Shown here: in pieces, positions 28,238 to 39,189 of the stretch
Layout of the letters: each line of letters starts with the position of its first letter
Numbering within the stretch: position 1 is the first letter of the stretch
Source of the DNA: an uncultured delta proteobacterium
GTDB taxonomy: Bacteria > Desulfobacterota > Desulfobacteria > Desulfobacterales > UBA2156
Length of the DNA stretch: 64,000 bases
Direction of reading: 5' to 3'
NCBI GenBank assembly: GCA_963736855.1
Contig: CAVTQK010000009.1
Span: 64,001 to 128,000 of the forward strand
Notes under the pieces: generated by a model
Seen by the model: only the letters and a program-made list of their open reading frames with translations
What the model was told of the DNA's origin: nothing
Database searches by the model: none
Made by a program: the position numbers and the translations under genes

Positions 28238-29970
28238 AAGAAAAGCGCAAAAACAAAGTCGGGTTGCGCATCAACGTCATCGGGTGCCTTTTCGGGATGT
28301 TTGTGGCCGCCATTGCAACCAAGGCTGTTTATATTCAGGTATTCTGCAATGCCATGCTGTCGGAAAAGGCCGCGGATCAGTACAAAAGATCAATGATCTC
28401 CCGCGGTAAACGGGGGACCATTTACGATCGCAATTACAGCGAATTGGCCATGACCAACGAATCGCCGTCTATTGCCGCATACCCCGGGCATATCCAAGAA
28501 ACGCAACAGATGGTGCGCTCCCTTGTCAAGGAACTGCGTATCGAACGAAAAGAGTTGGTCCGGAAACTGTCTTCCAAAAAGAATTTCGTGTGGGTTAAAC
28601 GTCAAGTTTCACCCCGGGAAACCCTTAGTGTCAAGGCCCTGCAAATCGAGGGCATCGATTTTATTCCGGAACACAGCCGGTTTTATCCGAACCGAGCCCT
28701 GGCCGCCCAGGTCGTCGGTTTTTCAGGAATCGACGGCCGCGGCCTGGAAGGGATCGAATTCTATTACGACCGGTATCTGCGGGGAGAAGACGGTGAATTC
28801 GAAGTCGTCAAGGATGCACTGGGCCGCAATCTGGAAGACGGGGCAGAGAATGATCGGGATTTCAGCGGTAACAACCTGGTTCTGACCGTCGATAGAACCA
28901 TTCAATATATTGCGGAAAACGCCGTTAAAGAGGCGGTGGAGACTTTTTCGGCCAAATCCGGACTTGCCGTCGTGATGGAGCCGGCAACCGGCCAGGTTCT
29001 GGCCATGGCCCACTATCCATTCCTCAACCCCAACGATTTTCAGTCTTTCAGCCGTAATACGTGGCGCAACCGAGCGGTGACGGATGCCTTTGAGCCGGGT
29101 TCCACCATGAAGATCTTCACTGCTGCGGCAGCCTTGGAGACCGGAAGCATTTCCGGAAAAACGATTTTTTTCTGTGAAAACGGGAACTATCAGGTCGGAA
29201 AGCACACTATTCATGACACCCATCCCCATGGATGGATGACCCTTAAAGATATCGTCAGGTATTCAAGTAATATCGGGGCGGCTAAAGTGAGTCACGCCAT
29301 CGGCGCCGAAGCTCTGCACGGGACCCTTCGCGCTTTTGGGTTTGGAGAAAAGACCGGCATCGACTGTCCCGGCGAGACCCCGGGAAGCCTGGCGCCTCAC
29401 GAAAAATGGAAAAGGATCGATGAGGCGGTCATTGCTTTCGGCCAGGGAGTTTCCGTTTCGGCCTTACAGCTGATCACCGCGGTTTCGGCCATCGCCAACG
29501 GCGGGGTCCTCATGAAGCCGTATCTGGTATTAGGGATTACCAACAAAGACGGTCGCCTGTTGACGACGTTCGGGCCCCAAAAGGTTAGCAAGGTCATTTC
29601 AGAAAATACCGCCCTGGCCGTCCGGCAGATGATGCAGGCCGTGATCGAGGAAGAGGGGACAGGGGCAAAGGCCGCCCTGGACGGATACTCCGTCGGAGGT
29701 AAAACCGGTACGGCACAGAAGGTAGATGGAAAAGGGGCATATGCCAACGGGAAATATGTTTCTTCTTTCGTTGGATTCGCCCCATTTGAACATCCCAGAA
29801 TCTCTGTTTTGGTCATTGTGGATGAGCCGAAGACCGCCTATTACGGCGGCACAGTGGCCGCCCCCGCCTTTCGGCGGATCTCCCAGGAGACCCTGGGATA
29901 TCTGAATGTGCCGCCGGATGAAAAACCGGAAAAGCTGACTGCCTGGTCCGGGCCCGGGGAGGCGGGATGA
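28234..29970 (+). CDS. ftsI: Septal class B penicillin-binding protein
   Basis: RGTIYDRN, RFYP, GLEGIE, EPGSTMK (SxxK), SSN (SxN), GKTGTAQK (KTG). Confidence 0.95.
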   Translation: MKEKRKNKVGLRINVIGCLFGMFVAAIATKAVYIQVFCNAMLSEKAADQYKRSMISRGKRGTIYDRNYSELAMTNESPSIAAYPGHIQETQQMVRSLVKELRIERKELVRKLSSKKNFVWVKRQVSPRETLSVKALQIEGIDFIPEHSRFYPNRALAAQVVGFSGIDGRGLEGIEFYYDRYLRGEDGEFEVVKDALGRNLEDGAENDRDFSGNNLVLTVDRTIQYIAENAVKEAVETFSAKSGLAVVMEPATGQVLAMAHYPFLNPNDFQSFSRNTWRNRAVTDAFEPGSTMKIFTAAAALETGSISGKTIFFCENGNYQVGKHTIHDTHPHGWMTLKDIVRYSSNIGAAKVSHAIGAEALHGTLRAFGFGEKTGIDCPGETPGSLAPHEKWKRIDEAVIAFGQGVSVSALQLITAVSAIANGGVLMKPYLVLGITNKDGRLLTTFGPQKVSKVISENTALAVRQMMQAVIEEEGTGAKAALDGYSVGGKTGTAQKVDGKGAYANGKYVSSFVGFAPFEHPRISVLVIVDEPKTAYYGGTVAAPAFRRISQETLGYLNVPPDEKPEKLTAWSGPGEAG

Positions 29971-31517
29971 ATCTTTCTCGGTTGATCGAAAGGATAGCGT
30001 CGGTGCAGCCGGTTCAGCGGGTCGGTCCATCGGTTGAAGACGGGATCGATATCAGCGGCATTCATTATCGCGCCCAAGCCGTTGAAAAAGGGGGGATGTT
30101 CGTGGCCGTCAAGGGACAGAGCGCCGATGGACATGACTTCATTCATGAGGCGTTGAAACGCGGAGCGGCTGCAGTGGTGACTGAACAGCCGGTTTCCATT
30201 CATGTCCCCTGCCTTACGGTCAAGGACACCCGGAGGGCCCTTTCGAGTGCCGCCGCGGAGTTTTATGGAAACCCGTCCGGAGACATGACCCTTGTTGGTA
30301 TTACCGGCACAAACGGGAAGACGACCACAGCCTTTTTGGTGGAAAGCGTATTTCAAAAGGCCGGTTACCGCACAGGACTCATGGGAACGATTTTTTGCCG
30401 ATATGCCGGCCGGAGCATCAAAAGCCCCATGACGACACCCGAATCCCTGGATCTCCAGCGGATGCTGGCGGAAATGAAAAAAGGCGGTGTGACCCACGTT
30501 GTGATGGAGGTCTCCTCCCATGCCCTTTTCCTCTCCCGGGTGGAAGACTGTTGGATGGATGTAGGGATCTTTACGAATTTGAGCCAGGATCATCTCGATT
30601 TTCACAAAGATTTGGAGAGCTACTGGGAATCCAAGAAGCGCCTCTTTTCGGAATTGCTGCCGTCCGGCCCCAAAAAGGATCGGGTTCGATCCGTGTTCAA
30701 TTGCAACAATCCCAGGGGCAGGGAGCTTTTGGAGCAGTTTCCCCGGTCAGGCATCGGTGTGGGGTTTGATCCGGAAAACGCCATTTGGGCAAAAATTGTC
30801 AAGTCGGATTTATCCGGGATTCAGGCGATGGTCCACACTCCGGCCGGACCGTTTAAGGCAAGTTCCCCCCTTGTCGGTCTTCACAATCTGGAAAATATGC
30901 TTTGTGCGACAGGCGCAGGGTTTGCTCTCGGCCTTTCCTTAGAGACGATCCGGAGAGGTCTTGAAGCCGTAAAGTGTGTTCCCGGGCGATTCGAAACGGT
31001 CCCGGATGCCGCCGGAAGGCATGTAGTCATCGACTTTGCCCATACCCCGGATGCGCTGGAAAATACACTTAAAGCGATCCGGGGCCTGAACCCGGGTAGA
31101 GTCATCACCGTTTTCGGGTGCGGCGGAAATCGGGACCGGGAGAAAAGACCCCTCATGGGAGAAATCGCCGGCAGACTCAGCGATTGCGTCATCATTACTT
31201 CGGACAATCCCCGGAATGAAGATCCGAATGCCATCATCGAGCAGATCCGGAAGGGAGTTATTCGGTCCTGTCCGAAAGAAGGGGATTGCATAAAAGATGT
31301 GGGTACGGTTCACAAAATTTTTTGGATCGAGCCGGATCGAAGGTCGGCCATTCGGATCGGAATCCGGGCGGCGCGTCCGGGGGATGCGGTCCTCATCGCG
31401 GGGAAAGGGCACGAAACCTATCAAATCCGCGGGGATGAAACGGTTCATTTCGACGATCGGGAAGAAGCCGTGGCGGCCTTGTCCCAAAAAGAGCGGGAAT
31501 GTCGGTACAATGACTGA
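29967..31517 (+). CDS. murE: UDP-MurNAc-dipeptide:meso-DAP ligase
   Basis: GITGTNGKTT, TTPES, MEVSSH, DFAHTPD, TSDNPR (DAP-specific), AGKGHE. Confidence 0.97.
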   Translation: MNLSRLIERIASVQPVQRVGPSVEDGIDISGIHYRAQAVEKGGMFVAVKGQSADGHDFIHEALKRGAAAVVTEQPVSIHVPCLTVKDTRRALSSAAAEFYGNPSGDMTLVGITGTNGKTTTAFLVESVFQKAGYRTGLMGTIFCRYAGRSIKSPMTTPESLDLQRMLAEMKKGGVTHVVMEVSSHALFLSRVEDCWMDVGIFTNLSQDHLDFHKDLESYWESKKRLFSELLPSGPKKDRVRSVFNCNNPRGRELLEQFPRSGIGVGFDPENAIWAKIVKSDLSGIQAMVHTPAGPFKASSPLVGLHNLENMLCATGAGFALGLSLETIRRGLEAVKCVPGRFETVPDAAGRHVVIDFAHTPDALENTLKAIRGLNPGRVITVFGCGGNRDREKRPLMGEIAGRLSDCVIITSDNPRNEDPNAIIEQIRKGVIRSCPKEGDCIKDVGTVHKIFWIEPDRRSAIRIGIRAARPGDAVLIAGKGHETYQIRGDETVHFDDREEAVAALSQKERECRYND

Positions 31518-32958
31518 ACATAGTGCAAAAAAGCAATCAAAGTACCTTTGGACCGTTTCCCGGATCCTTAAGACCACCGGCGGCAGACTCCTTTCGGGGA
31601 ACGAGGGGCGCCGATTTTCCGGCGTTTCCATTGATTCCCGGAAGGTTTCCCCTGGGCAGCTTTTCATCGCCATCATCGGTGAAAATTTCGATGGGCATCG
31701 GTTTGCCGCCGATGCGGTGGGAAAAGGGGCTTCGGGTGTTTTGGTGGAAAGGCGGAATGTGCGCCGGTTACCTCTGAAGCGGTTCCAAAATCAGGGAGTC
31801 GTCTGCGTGTCGGTATCCGACACCGTTAAAGCCCTCGGAGATATCGCGGCGGATCATCGCCGCCGATGGGGTGGAAAACTTGCAGCCGTTACAGGATCCA
31901 ACGGGAAGACGACGGCACGGAAGATGACCGCGGAAGTCCTGCGCCAGGGTTATGCGACACTATCCACCCTCGGCAACTATAACAACGAAATCGGGGTACC
32001 GTTGACGCTGTTGAACCTTTGCCCGGAACACCGTTGGGCTGCCGTGGAGCTGGGGATGAACCATCCCGGCGAGATCCGACGACTGGCCCGGATCTGCCGG
32101 CCGGATGTGGGCGTGATTACCAATGTCGCGCCGGCGCATCTGGAGGGGGTGGGATCAGTGGAGGGGGTTATAGCGGCCAAGGCCGAACTTTTGGAGCATA
32201 TTCAAGAGAACGGAACCGTCGTATTGAATGCCGACGATCCGAACGTCTTAAAGATCGCGGACCGAACCGCCGTGGATGTGCTCCTTTACGGGACCACAAA
32301 AAGCTCCGCCGTCCGTGGAACGGCGATCCGGGAGACCCGTCGGAAAGTGCATTTTCTTTTACACGTTTCCGGAGCGCACGTTCACGTAGTGCTGAATACG
32401 CCGGGAAGGTTTATGGTTTCCAATGCCCTGGCTGCTGCCGCGGTAGGGCATCTGGCGGGCATTTCACCGGATCGGATCCGGGCGGGTCTGGAAGCGTTTG
32501 CTCCGGAAAAGGGAAGAATGATCATCGTGAATTTGAAGCGCGCGGTTCGTCTCATCGACGACACCTATAATGCCAATCCGGGATCCATGAAGGCGGCCAT
32601 CGACACCCTCATGCGCCTGAAAAAAAAGCAGGGTCGCGCGATATGCGTGCTGGGAGACATGCTGGAATTGGGAGACCATTCAGAATCGTTCCACCATTTG
32701 ATCGGAGCGTATGTGAAAAATGCCGGAGCGTTCAGGCTTTGCATAACCGGAAGATTCGCCGATTCAGTGGCGGCGGGTGCCATCGAAGCGGGAATGGATA
32801 AAGAGTCGGTTTTAACCGGGACGAAAGAATCCATACTCGAAGATCTTTATGCGATCTTAAGATCCGGCGACTGGGTACTTGTCAAAGGGTCGAGGGGCAT
32901 GGCCATGGAGACCGTGGTGCAGGCTTTGAAAGCCTGGGCCGAAAAAAATGGGAAATGA
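31510..32958 (+). CDS. murF: UDP-MurNAc-tripeptide:D-Ala-D-Ala ligase
   Basis: SIDSR, TGSNGKTT, NNEIGVP, ELGMNHPGEI, DTYNANP, DMLELG, VKGSRG; ATG 31510 overlaps the murE end. Confidence 0.96.
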   Translation: MTEHSAKKQSKYLWTVSRILKTTGGRLLSGNEGRRFSGVSIDSRKVSPGQLFIAIIGENFDGHRFAADAVGKGASGVLVERRNVRRLPLKRFQNQGVVCVSVSDTVKALGDIAADHRRRWGGKLAAVTGSNGKTTARKMTAEVLRQGYATLSTLGNYNNEIGVPLTLLNLCPEHRWAAVELGMNHPGEIRRLARICRPDVGVITNVAPAHLEGVGSVEGVIAAKAELLEHIQENGTVVLNADDPNVLKIADRTAVDVLLYGTTKSSAVRGTAIRETRRKVHFLLHVSGAHVHVVLNTPGRFMVSNALAAAAVGHLAGISPDRIRAGLEAFAPEKGRMIIVNLKRAVRLIDDTYNANPGSMKAAIDTLMRLKKKQGRAICVLGDMLELGDHSESFHHLIGAYVKNAGAFRLCITGRFADSVAAGAIEAGMDKESVLTGTKESILEDLYAILRSGDWVLVKGSRGMAMETVVQALKAWAEKNGK

Positions 32959-32997
32959 GACGAAAATTGCTTCCTGATAGAAAAAAGGCCGGATAGC

Positions 32998-34077
32998 ATG
33001 TTATACCATATTTTATATGCGTTTCAACCTTATGTATCCGCATTCAATGTTTTCAGGTACATTACTTTCAGAACCATTTATGCGAGTCTGACGGCTTTCT
33101 TGATTTGTTTTTTCTTGGGGCCGTATATGATCCGCAAGATTGCAAAGCTGCAGGTGGGCCAATATATCCGGGAAGACGGTCCGAGCATGCACCATCAAAA
33201 GTCCGGCACCCCAACTATGGGCGGCATCCTGATCCTTATCTCTGTTGTCTCGTCCACGCTTTTATGGGCCAACCTGACGAATTATTACATCTGGATCCTC
33301 CTATTGATCACCGCATCTTACGGTGCCATCGGTTTCGTTGATGACTATCTCAAACAGATCAAGAAGCTGAACAAGGGGCTGACCGGGAAACAGAAACTCT
33401 TCTTTCAGATCGGCGTCGCTTTGCTGGCTGCCCTGCTCATTTATGCGAATTCCGGCTTTGATACCCGGATTATGGTTCCTTTTTTCAAGAATATTTCACC
33501 CGACTTAGGGTGGTTCTACATCTTTTTTGCCGCATGGGTCATCGTCGCGGCTTCGAATGCCGTGAATCTCACGGACGGGCTTGACGGATTGGCCATCGGC
33601 CCCGTGACTATCTCCGCAGCGACCTATATGGTATTCACGTATCTTTCCGGACATGTAAAAATCGCAGATTATCTCCAAATTCAATACGTTTCCGGCTCCG
33701 GAGAGGCGACGATTTTTTGCGGGGCCCTGGTCGGGGCCGGGCTGGGCTTTTTATGGTTCAATACCTATCCGGCACAGATCTTCATGGGTGATGTGGGCTC
33801 CCTTTCCCTGGGGGCGGCTTTGGGTGGCGTGGCGGTGATCAGCAAACAGGAGATTCTTCTGGTTTTGGTGGGAGGCCTTTTCGTCATAGAAGCGCTTTCG
33901 GTGATTTTCCAGGTCGGATACTTCAAGATGACCCATGGCCGCAGGATTTTTCGGATGGCTCCTTTGCATCACCATTTCGAACTCAAGGGATGGCCTGAGC
34001 CGAAGGTCATCGTGCGTTTTTGGATTATCGCCATCGCCCTGGCGCTATTATCCATGAGTACGTTGAAGCTTCGATAA
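32998..34077 (+). CDS. mraY: Phospho-MurNAc-pentapeptide transferase
   Basis: [42 protein letters not shown]. Confidence 0.98.
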   Translation: MLYHILYAFQPYVSAFNVFRYITFRTIYASLTAFLICFFLGPYMIRKIAKLQVGQYIREDGPSMHHQKSGTPTMGGILILISVVSSTLLWANLTNYYIWILLLITASYGAIGFVDDYLKQIKKLNKGLTGKQKLFFQIGVALLAALLIYANSGFDTRIMVPFFKNISPDLGWFYIFFAAWVIVAASNAVNLTDGLDGLAIGPVTISAATYMVFTYLSGHVKIADYLQIQYVSGSGEATIFCGALVGAGLGFLWFNTYPAQIFMGDVGSLSLGAALGGVAVISKQEILLVLVGGLFVIEALSVIFQVGYFKMTHGRRIFRMAPLHHHFELKGWPEPKVIVRFWIIAIALALLSMSTLKLR

Positions 34078-34105
34078 CTCGGGCATCGGATCGACAGAGG
34101 CCAGA

Positions 34106-35506
34106 ATGGTTGTGAAAAAACTTCCTGATTTAACGGCTCTGGAAAACCAGCGGGTGCTCGTGGTGGGATTGGGACTAACGGGAATCGCATTGACGCGATT
34201 TCTGGTGGGAAGAAAAGCAACCGTGACCGTGACGGATCAAAGCGGTGAAGACCGACTCGGGACTTATCCTGAGGAATGTCGCCGTATGGGAGTGACTCTC
34301 GAACTGGGGGGGCACCGGGAAGCTACTTTCAAGAGCGCTGATTGGGTGGTCGTCAGTCCGGGGGTGCCGCTGACGATTCCCCCGATTGCGACGGCCATAA
34401 AGGCAAGGGTTCCAGTGACCGGTGAGATGGAACTGGCCGCCTGTTATATACAGGAGCCCATTGCCGCGGTAACCGGAACCAACGGAAAAACCACAACGAC
34501 CGCCTTGTTGGGAGAGATGTTGAAGAAATCCGGAAAACGGGTTTTTGTGGGAGGAAATATCGGATCCCCCCTCATCGGACATGTGGACCAAGGCCGACCC
34601 GTGGATGCGGTGGTGGTGGAAGTGAGCAGTTTTCAGCTGGATACGGTTCATTCATTCCGTCCGCGTGTGGGGGTCTTGCTGAACGTGACCCCGGACCATC
34701 TGGATCGATACCCGGATCTCATGTCCTATGCGCGGGCCAAGGGGAGGCTTTTTGAAAACCAAACGGAAGAGGACGTGGCCGTATTAAACGGTGGGGATCC
34801 CCTCGTCCGGGAAGTCACCGGCTCCATCCGGAGCCGGCGGCTATTTTTCTCAGGGCGATCGGGAAAAGAATCCGGGGCAATCCCGGCCGGGAATCGGATT
34901 CTTCTTAAAGGGATTTCAAAAGCAAAAAAAGATGTGGATATCCATCCCGGAGATGGATTCAATCTTGAAGGAACTTATTTCACCGGGAGGTACGGACAGG
35001 AAAATGCCGCGGCTGCCTGCCTGGCCGCCCTCTCTGCGGGCGCTACCCATGAGGGGATCCAGGCGGCCTTGAACGCTTTCAAGGGGCTTCCCCATCGCCT
35101 GGAAACCGTGGGGATCATCAACGATGTCCGATTTGTCAACGATTCCAAGGCCACCAATGTCTATTCCGTGCTCTGTGCGCTGGAGGCCTTTGCTTCCCCT
35201 CTTGTTCTCATTATGGGCGGCAGGGACAAGGGGAGCGATTTCACGCTGCTGCGGGAAGGGATCGGTCGTTTTGCCCGAAAAATCATTCTCATCGGGGAGG
35301 CGGCCGGACCGATTCGAAAGGCCCTTAAAGACGTGGTTTCAATGGAGGATGCAACGGACATGGTCGCCGCGGTGAAGGCTGCTTTTCGGGCGGCCTCACC
35401 CGGGGATGTGGTCCTGCTGTCCCCTGCCTGTGCGAGCTTTGACATGTTTTCAAACTATGCTCATCGCGGCGAAAATTTTCGAGAGGCGGTTAAAGCGTTA
35501 TCATGA
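34106..35506 (+). CDS. murD: UDP-MurNAc-L-Ala:D-Glu ligase
   Basis: VSPG, TGTNGKTT, GGNIG, EVSSFQL, PDHLDRY, NDSKATN, SPACASFD. Confidence 0.97.
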   Translation: MVVKKLPDLTALENQRVLVVGLGLTGIALTRFLVGRKATVTVTDQSGEDRLGTYPEECRRMGVTLELGGHREATFKSADWVVVSPGVPLTIPPIATAIKARVPVTGEMELAACYIQEPIAAVTGTNGKTTTTALLGEMLKKSGKRVFVGGNIGSPLIGHVDQGRPVDAVVVEVSSFQLDTVHSFRPRVGVLLNVTPDHLDRYPDLMSYARAKGRLFENQTEEDVAVLNGGDPLVREVTGSIRSRRLFFSGRSGKESGAIPAGNRILLKGISKAKKDVDIHPGDGFNLEGTYFTGRYGQENAAAACLAALSAGATHEGIQAALNAFKGLPHRLETVGIINDVRFVNDSKATNVYSVLCALEAFASPLVLIMGGRDKGSDFTLLREGIGRFARKIILIGEAAGPIRKALKDVVSMEDATDMVAAVKAAFRAASPGDVVLLSPACASFDMFSNYAHRGENFREAVKALS

Positions 35507-36669
35507 CGGAGCATCTACCATTTCAGGCAGCGGCTCAAGAGATATCTCAGCCCCAGAAGGCACGCTACGACATTGCCCTCCTTTTTCCGGTGCTCTTTCT
35601 GGTAGGTATAGGAATCGTTATGATTTACAGCTCGAGTTCCGCCCTGGCCTTGAAAAAATTTGGAAGTGACCTCTTTTTTTTGAAAAAACAGGGAATTTTT
35701 GCCATTGTGGGCATTGTTGCGCTGGTCATCTGTCGGCATGTGCCGTATCACTGGTATCGATCTTTGGCCTACCCGTTCATTCTGATATCCATCGTCCTGC
35801 TGGCGGCGATCCATGTCACCCCCTGGGGGTTTTCGGCCGGAGGAAGCGCCCGATGGCTTCGATTCGGAGATTTTTCATTTCAACCCTCCGAGTTCGCCCG
35901 GCTGGCCCTGGTAATTTATCTCGCTTATTCGCTGAGTAAAAAAGGGGAAACCATCCGCGAGTTTACCATCGGGTTTCTGCCCCACGTCGTGGTATTTGTC
36001 GTCTTTGCACTCCTCATCCTGTTCGAACCGGATTTCGGGTCGATGGTGATCCTGGGAGCAATTACGTGGATTATGCTCTTTATCGGGGGGGTGCGCCTCC
36101 TTTATTTAAGCGCCACCGTGCTCCTGCTTCTCCCGGTGGCGTATCTCTTCATGATAAAAGCCCAATATCGGATCCGTCGCCTGGTGAGCTTCATGGATCC
36201 CTGGGCATATCCGGGGGATGAGGGGTATCAGATCATCCATTCCCTTTTGGCTTTTGGAAGCGGGGGGATATGGGGGGTCGGCATCGGCAACGGGTATCAG
36301 AAGCTGTTCTACCTGCCGGAACCGCATACCGATTTTATTTTTTCCATTGTGGGCGAAGAACTGGGGCTCGTGGGGGTCCTTTCCATCCTTGGGCTTTACG
36401 GGCTGATCGTCTGGCGGGGTATCCGGATTGCCAAAAAAACGGTGGATCCTTTTGGGGTGTACCTGGCTGCCGGGTTGACCGTGGCCATAGGGATGCAAGT
36501 ATTCGTGAACATGGGAGTGACTCTTGGGCTCCTCCCGACTAAGGGTTTGACGCTTCCCTTCATGAGCTATGGAGGGTCATCTTTGCTTTTAAACATGGCA
36601 TCCATCGGGATTTTGATGAACATCGACGCCTCTCCCAACAAACTGACGGTAGGGATCAATGGCCGATGA
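35503..36669 (+). CDS. ftsW: SEDS peptidoglycan polymerase FtsW
   Basis: FQPSEF, EPDFG, LPEPHTDFIF, GEELG, PTKGLTLPFMSYGGSS. Confidence 0.97.
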   Translation: MTEHLPFQAAAQEISQPQKARYDIALLFPVLFLVGIGIVMIYSSSSALALKKFGSDLFFLKKQGIFAIVGIVALVICRHVPYHWYRSLAYPFILISIVLLAAIHVTPWGFSAGGSARWLRFGDFSFQPSEFARLALVIYLAYSLSKKGETIREFTIGFLPHVVVFVVFALLILFEPDFGSMVILGAITWIMLFIGGVRLLYLSATVLLLLPVAYLFMIKAQYRIRRLVSFMDPWAYPGDEGYQIIHSLLAFGSGGIWGVGIGNGYQKLFYLPEPHTDFIFSIVGEELGLVGVLSILGLYGLIVWRGIRIAKKTVDPFGVYLAAGLTVAIGMQVFVNMGVTLGLLPTKGLTLPFMSYGGSSLLLNMASIGILMNIDASPNKLTVGINGR

Positions 36670-37808
36670 ATGCTGTTTCAAGGCCTATCCGCGTGCTGTT
36701 CGGGGGAGGAGGAACCGGCGGACATCTCTTTCCCGGGATCGCCATCGCCCAGGAACTGATGGAGAGAAACAGAGAAAATGAAGTCCTTTTCGTCAATACG
36801 GGAAAACCTTTCGAGCAGAGGGCCTTGGAAAACGCCGGGTTCCGGCAGAGTGTTATTACCTCGGAAGGAATCAAGGGGCGACGCATTCTGGAAAAGTTCA
36901 TATCCCTTGCCAAGATCCCTAAAGGGGTGTGGGATTCACTTAAAATCGTTTTCCGATTCAACCCGGACGTGGTTGTGGGCCTGGGAAGTTATTCCGCCGG
37001 AGTCACGACATTGGCCGGTTGGCTTTTAGGGAAAAAGATCGTGCTTTGCGAACAGAACCGATTGCCGGGAATCACCAACCGCATTCTCTTTTATTTGGCG
37101 GATCGATGTTATGTTTCTTTTCCTGGCACAAGGGAACGCATGAAAAGCAAAAAGGTCGTTTTTACCGGAAATCCGGTCCGCAAATCCGTTTTGAAGGCGG
37201 TTGGGGATGCGGCCCAAAAACCCGGCCGCTCTTTTACGATCCTGGTTATCGGGGGAAGCCAAGGAGCACATGCAATCAATGTGGCCGTGACCCAGGCCCT
37301 TTCCCTGCTGCCGGAAAAACAGCGGTTTCATTTCATTCACCAAACCGGGGCCTCGGATGCATCCTGGGTGGAGGAGGCTTATACTGCTGCGGGGGTTTCC
37401 GGCACCGTTGCCCCGTTTTTCGACGATATGGAAAAGCGGTACGCGGCATCCGATCTGGTCATTTGCCGCTCAGGAGCCTCGACCGTTGCCGAATTAACGG
37501 CCCTGGGGAAGCCGGCCCTGTTCATCCCCTTTCCCTTTGCCGCAGATGACCATCAGACTCAGAATGCACGGGAACTGGCGGACGCGGGTGCCGCCGAAAT
37601 GATCCCCCAGGCGACTTTGGATGCCGGGACATTGGCCGAAAGGATCGTACATCATGCCGCTCACACGGAGGATCTATTACGGATGGCATTGCGCGCAAAA
37701 GAATTTGGGCGGCCCGACGCCGCCTCGGCCATTGTCGACGATATGCTGATGCTCTTTGGCAACGAACCGGCAAAAGGATTGGGCTCGGACCTGGTGGTGA
37801 AAGGATAA
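36666..37808 (+). CDS. murG: Lipid II GlcNAc transferase
   Basis: GGGTGGHLFP, EQN, TGNPVR, GGSQGA, RSGAST, DHQTQNA. Confidence 0.97.
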   Translation: MNAVSRPIRVLFGGGGTGGHLFPGIAIAQELMERNRENEVLFVNTGKPFEQRALENAGFRQSVITSEGIKGRRILEKFISLAKIPKGVWDSLKIVFRFNPDVVVGLGSYSAGVTTLAGWLLGKKIVLCEQNRLPGITNRILFYLADRCYVSFPGTRERMKSKKVVFTGNPVRKSVLKAVGDAAQKPGRSFTILVIGGSQGAHAINVAVTQALSLLPEKQRFHFIHQTGASDASWVEEAYTAAGVSGTVAPFFDDMEKRYAASDLVICRSGASTVAELTALGKPALFIPFPFAADDHQTQNARELADAGAAEMIPQATLDAGTLAERIVHHAAHTEDLLRMALRAKEFGRPDAASAIVDDMLMLFGNEPAKGLGSDLVVKG

Positions 37809-37818
37809 ACTCAACCGT

Positions 37819-39189
37819 ATGTATTTGAAGAAGTATCATATCCATTTTGTGGGCATCGGCGGCATCGGCATGAGCGGCATAGCCGAACTGCTCCTCAACC
37901 TGGGATATAAGGTATCGGGATCCGACCTAAAGGGATCCGATTTGACCCAGCGGCTCCGGAGGCTGGGCGGCATCATCTACGAAGGGCATGCGGAGCACCA
38001 GATCGAGGGCGCCGACGTGGTGGTGGTCTCTTCGGCGGTGCGACCCGACAACCCGGAAGTTTCAGGGGCAAGGAAGGCATCCATTCCGGTGATTCCCCGG
38101 GCAGAGATGCTGGCGGAGCTGATGCGCCTGAAATACAGTGTGGCCGTGGCGGGTGCCCACGGAAAAACGACCACCACGTCCCTGGTGACCTCGGTGCTGG
38201 CGGCGGGAGGCCTGGACCCCACAGTGGTCATCGGCGGGAAGCTGAAGGGGATCGGGTCCAATGCCGTATTGGGTAAAGGGGATTTCATCGTTGCCGAGGC
38301 CGACGAGAGCGACGGCTCCTTCTTGAAAATGTCGCCCACCATTGCGGTGGTCACCAACATTGATCGGGAGCATCTCGACTATTATGAAGACATGAGCGCC
38401 ATCAAAGAGGCGTTTCTGGCCTTTATTCACCGCATTCCCTTTTATGGTCTGGCGATTTTATGTCTGGACAACGAGCCGATCCAGTCGCTGATTCCTCGCA
38501 TCGGAAAACGGTTTGCCACTTACGGGATGAGCGTCCAGGCTGATTTTCAGGCCAAGGACATTTCCTTCGAAGGGCTCAAGAGTAACTTCCTGGTTTTTTT
38601 CAAGGAGCGGGAACTGGGCCGAATGGTCCTGAACCTGCCGGGGATCCACAATGTTTCCAATGCGCTGGCGGCCGTTGGTGTAGGGATGGAGCTGGGAATC
38701 GGTTTCGAGAAGATTCGAGAAGCCTTGGCGTCGGTGCAGGGGGTTCAACGCCGCCTCGAAATCAAAGGAGAAGTGCGGGGAATTACAGTGGTGGATGATT
38801 ACGGTCATCACCCCACGGAGATTAAAGCCACCCTGGATGCGGTCAAGCAGAGCTGGCCGGACCGGCGCACCGTGGTGGTGTTCCAGCCCCATCGTTATAC
38901 GCGTACCCGCGCGCTCTTCGAAGAGTTCACGCGGGCCTTTTATCAATCCGACATTCTGCTGGTTTTGCCTATATACGCAGCCAGCGAATCGGAAATCGAG
39001 GGGGTGAACGGCCGCATACTCTCCGAAGGCATCCAGGCCCATGGACACAAAGAGGTTCAATATGTGGAAGACCTGGAGACTGTTCCAGCTGTCCTTGATG
39101 GAATTTTACAATCCGGGGATCTCTTGCTCACCCTGGGAGCAGGGGATGTGTGGAAAGCCGGTGAGAAGGTCATAGAAAGGCTGGGATGA
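37819..39189 (+). CDS. murC: UDP-MurNAc:L-Ala ligase
   Basis: GIGGIGMSG, GAHGKTTTT, EADESD, DDYGHHPTE, FQPHRYTR. Confidence 0.98.
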   Translation: MYLKKYHIHFVGIGGIGMSGIAELLLNLGYKVSGSDLKGSDLTQRLRRLGGIIYEGHAEHQIEGADVVVVSSAVRPDNPEVSGARKASIPVIPRAEMLAELMRLKYSVAVAGAHGKTTTTSLVTSVLAAGGLDPTVVIGGKLKGIGSNAVLGKGDFIVAEADESDGSFLKMSPTIAVVTNIDREHLDYYEDMSAIKEAFLAFIHRIPFYGLAILCLDNEPIQSLIPRIGKRFATYGMSVQADFQAKDISFEGLKSNFLVFFKERELGRMVLNLPGIHNVSNALAAVGVGMELGIGFEKIREALASVQGVQRRLEIKGEVRGITVVDDYGHHPTEIKATLDAVKQSWPDRRTVVVFQPHRYTRTRALFEEFTRAFYQSDILLVLPIYAASESEIEGVNGRILSEGIQAHGHKEVQYVEDLETVPAVLDGILQSGDLLLTLGAGDVWKAGEKVIERLG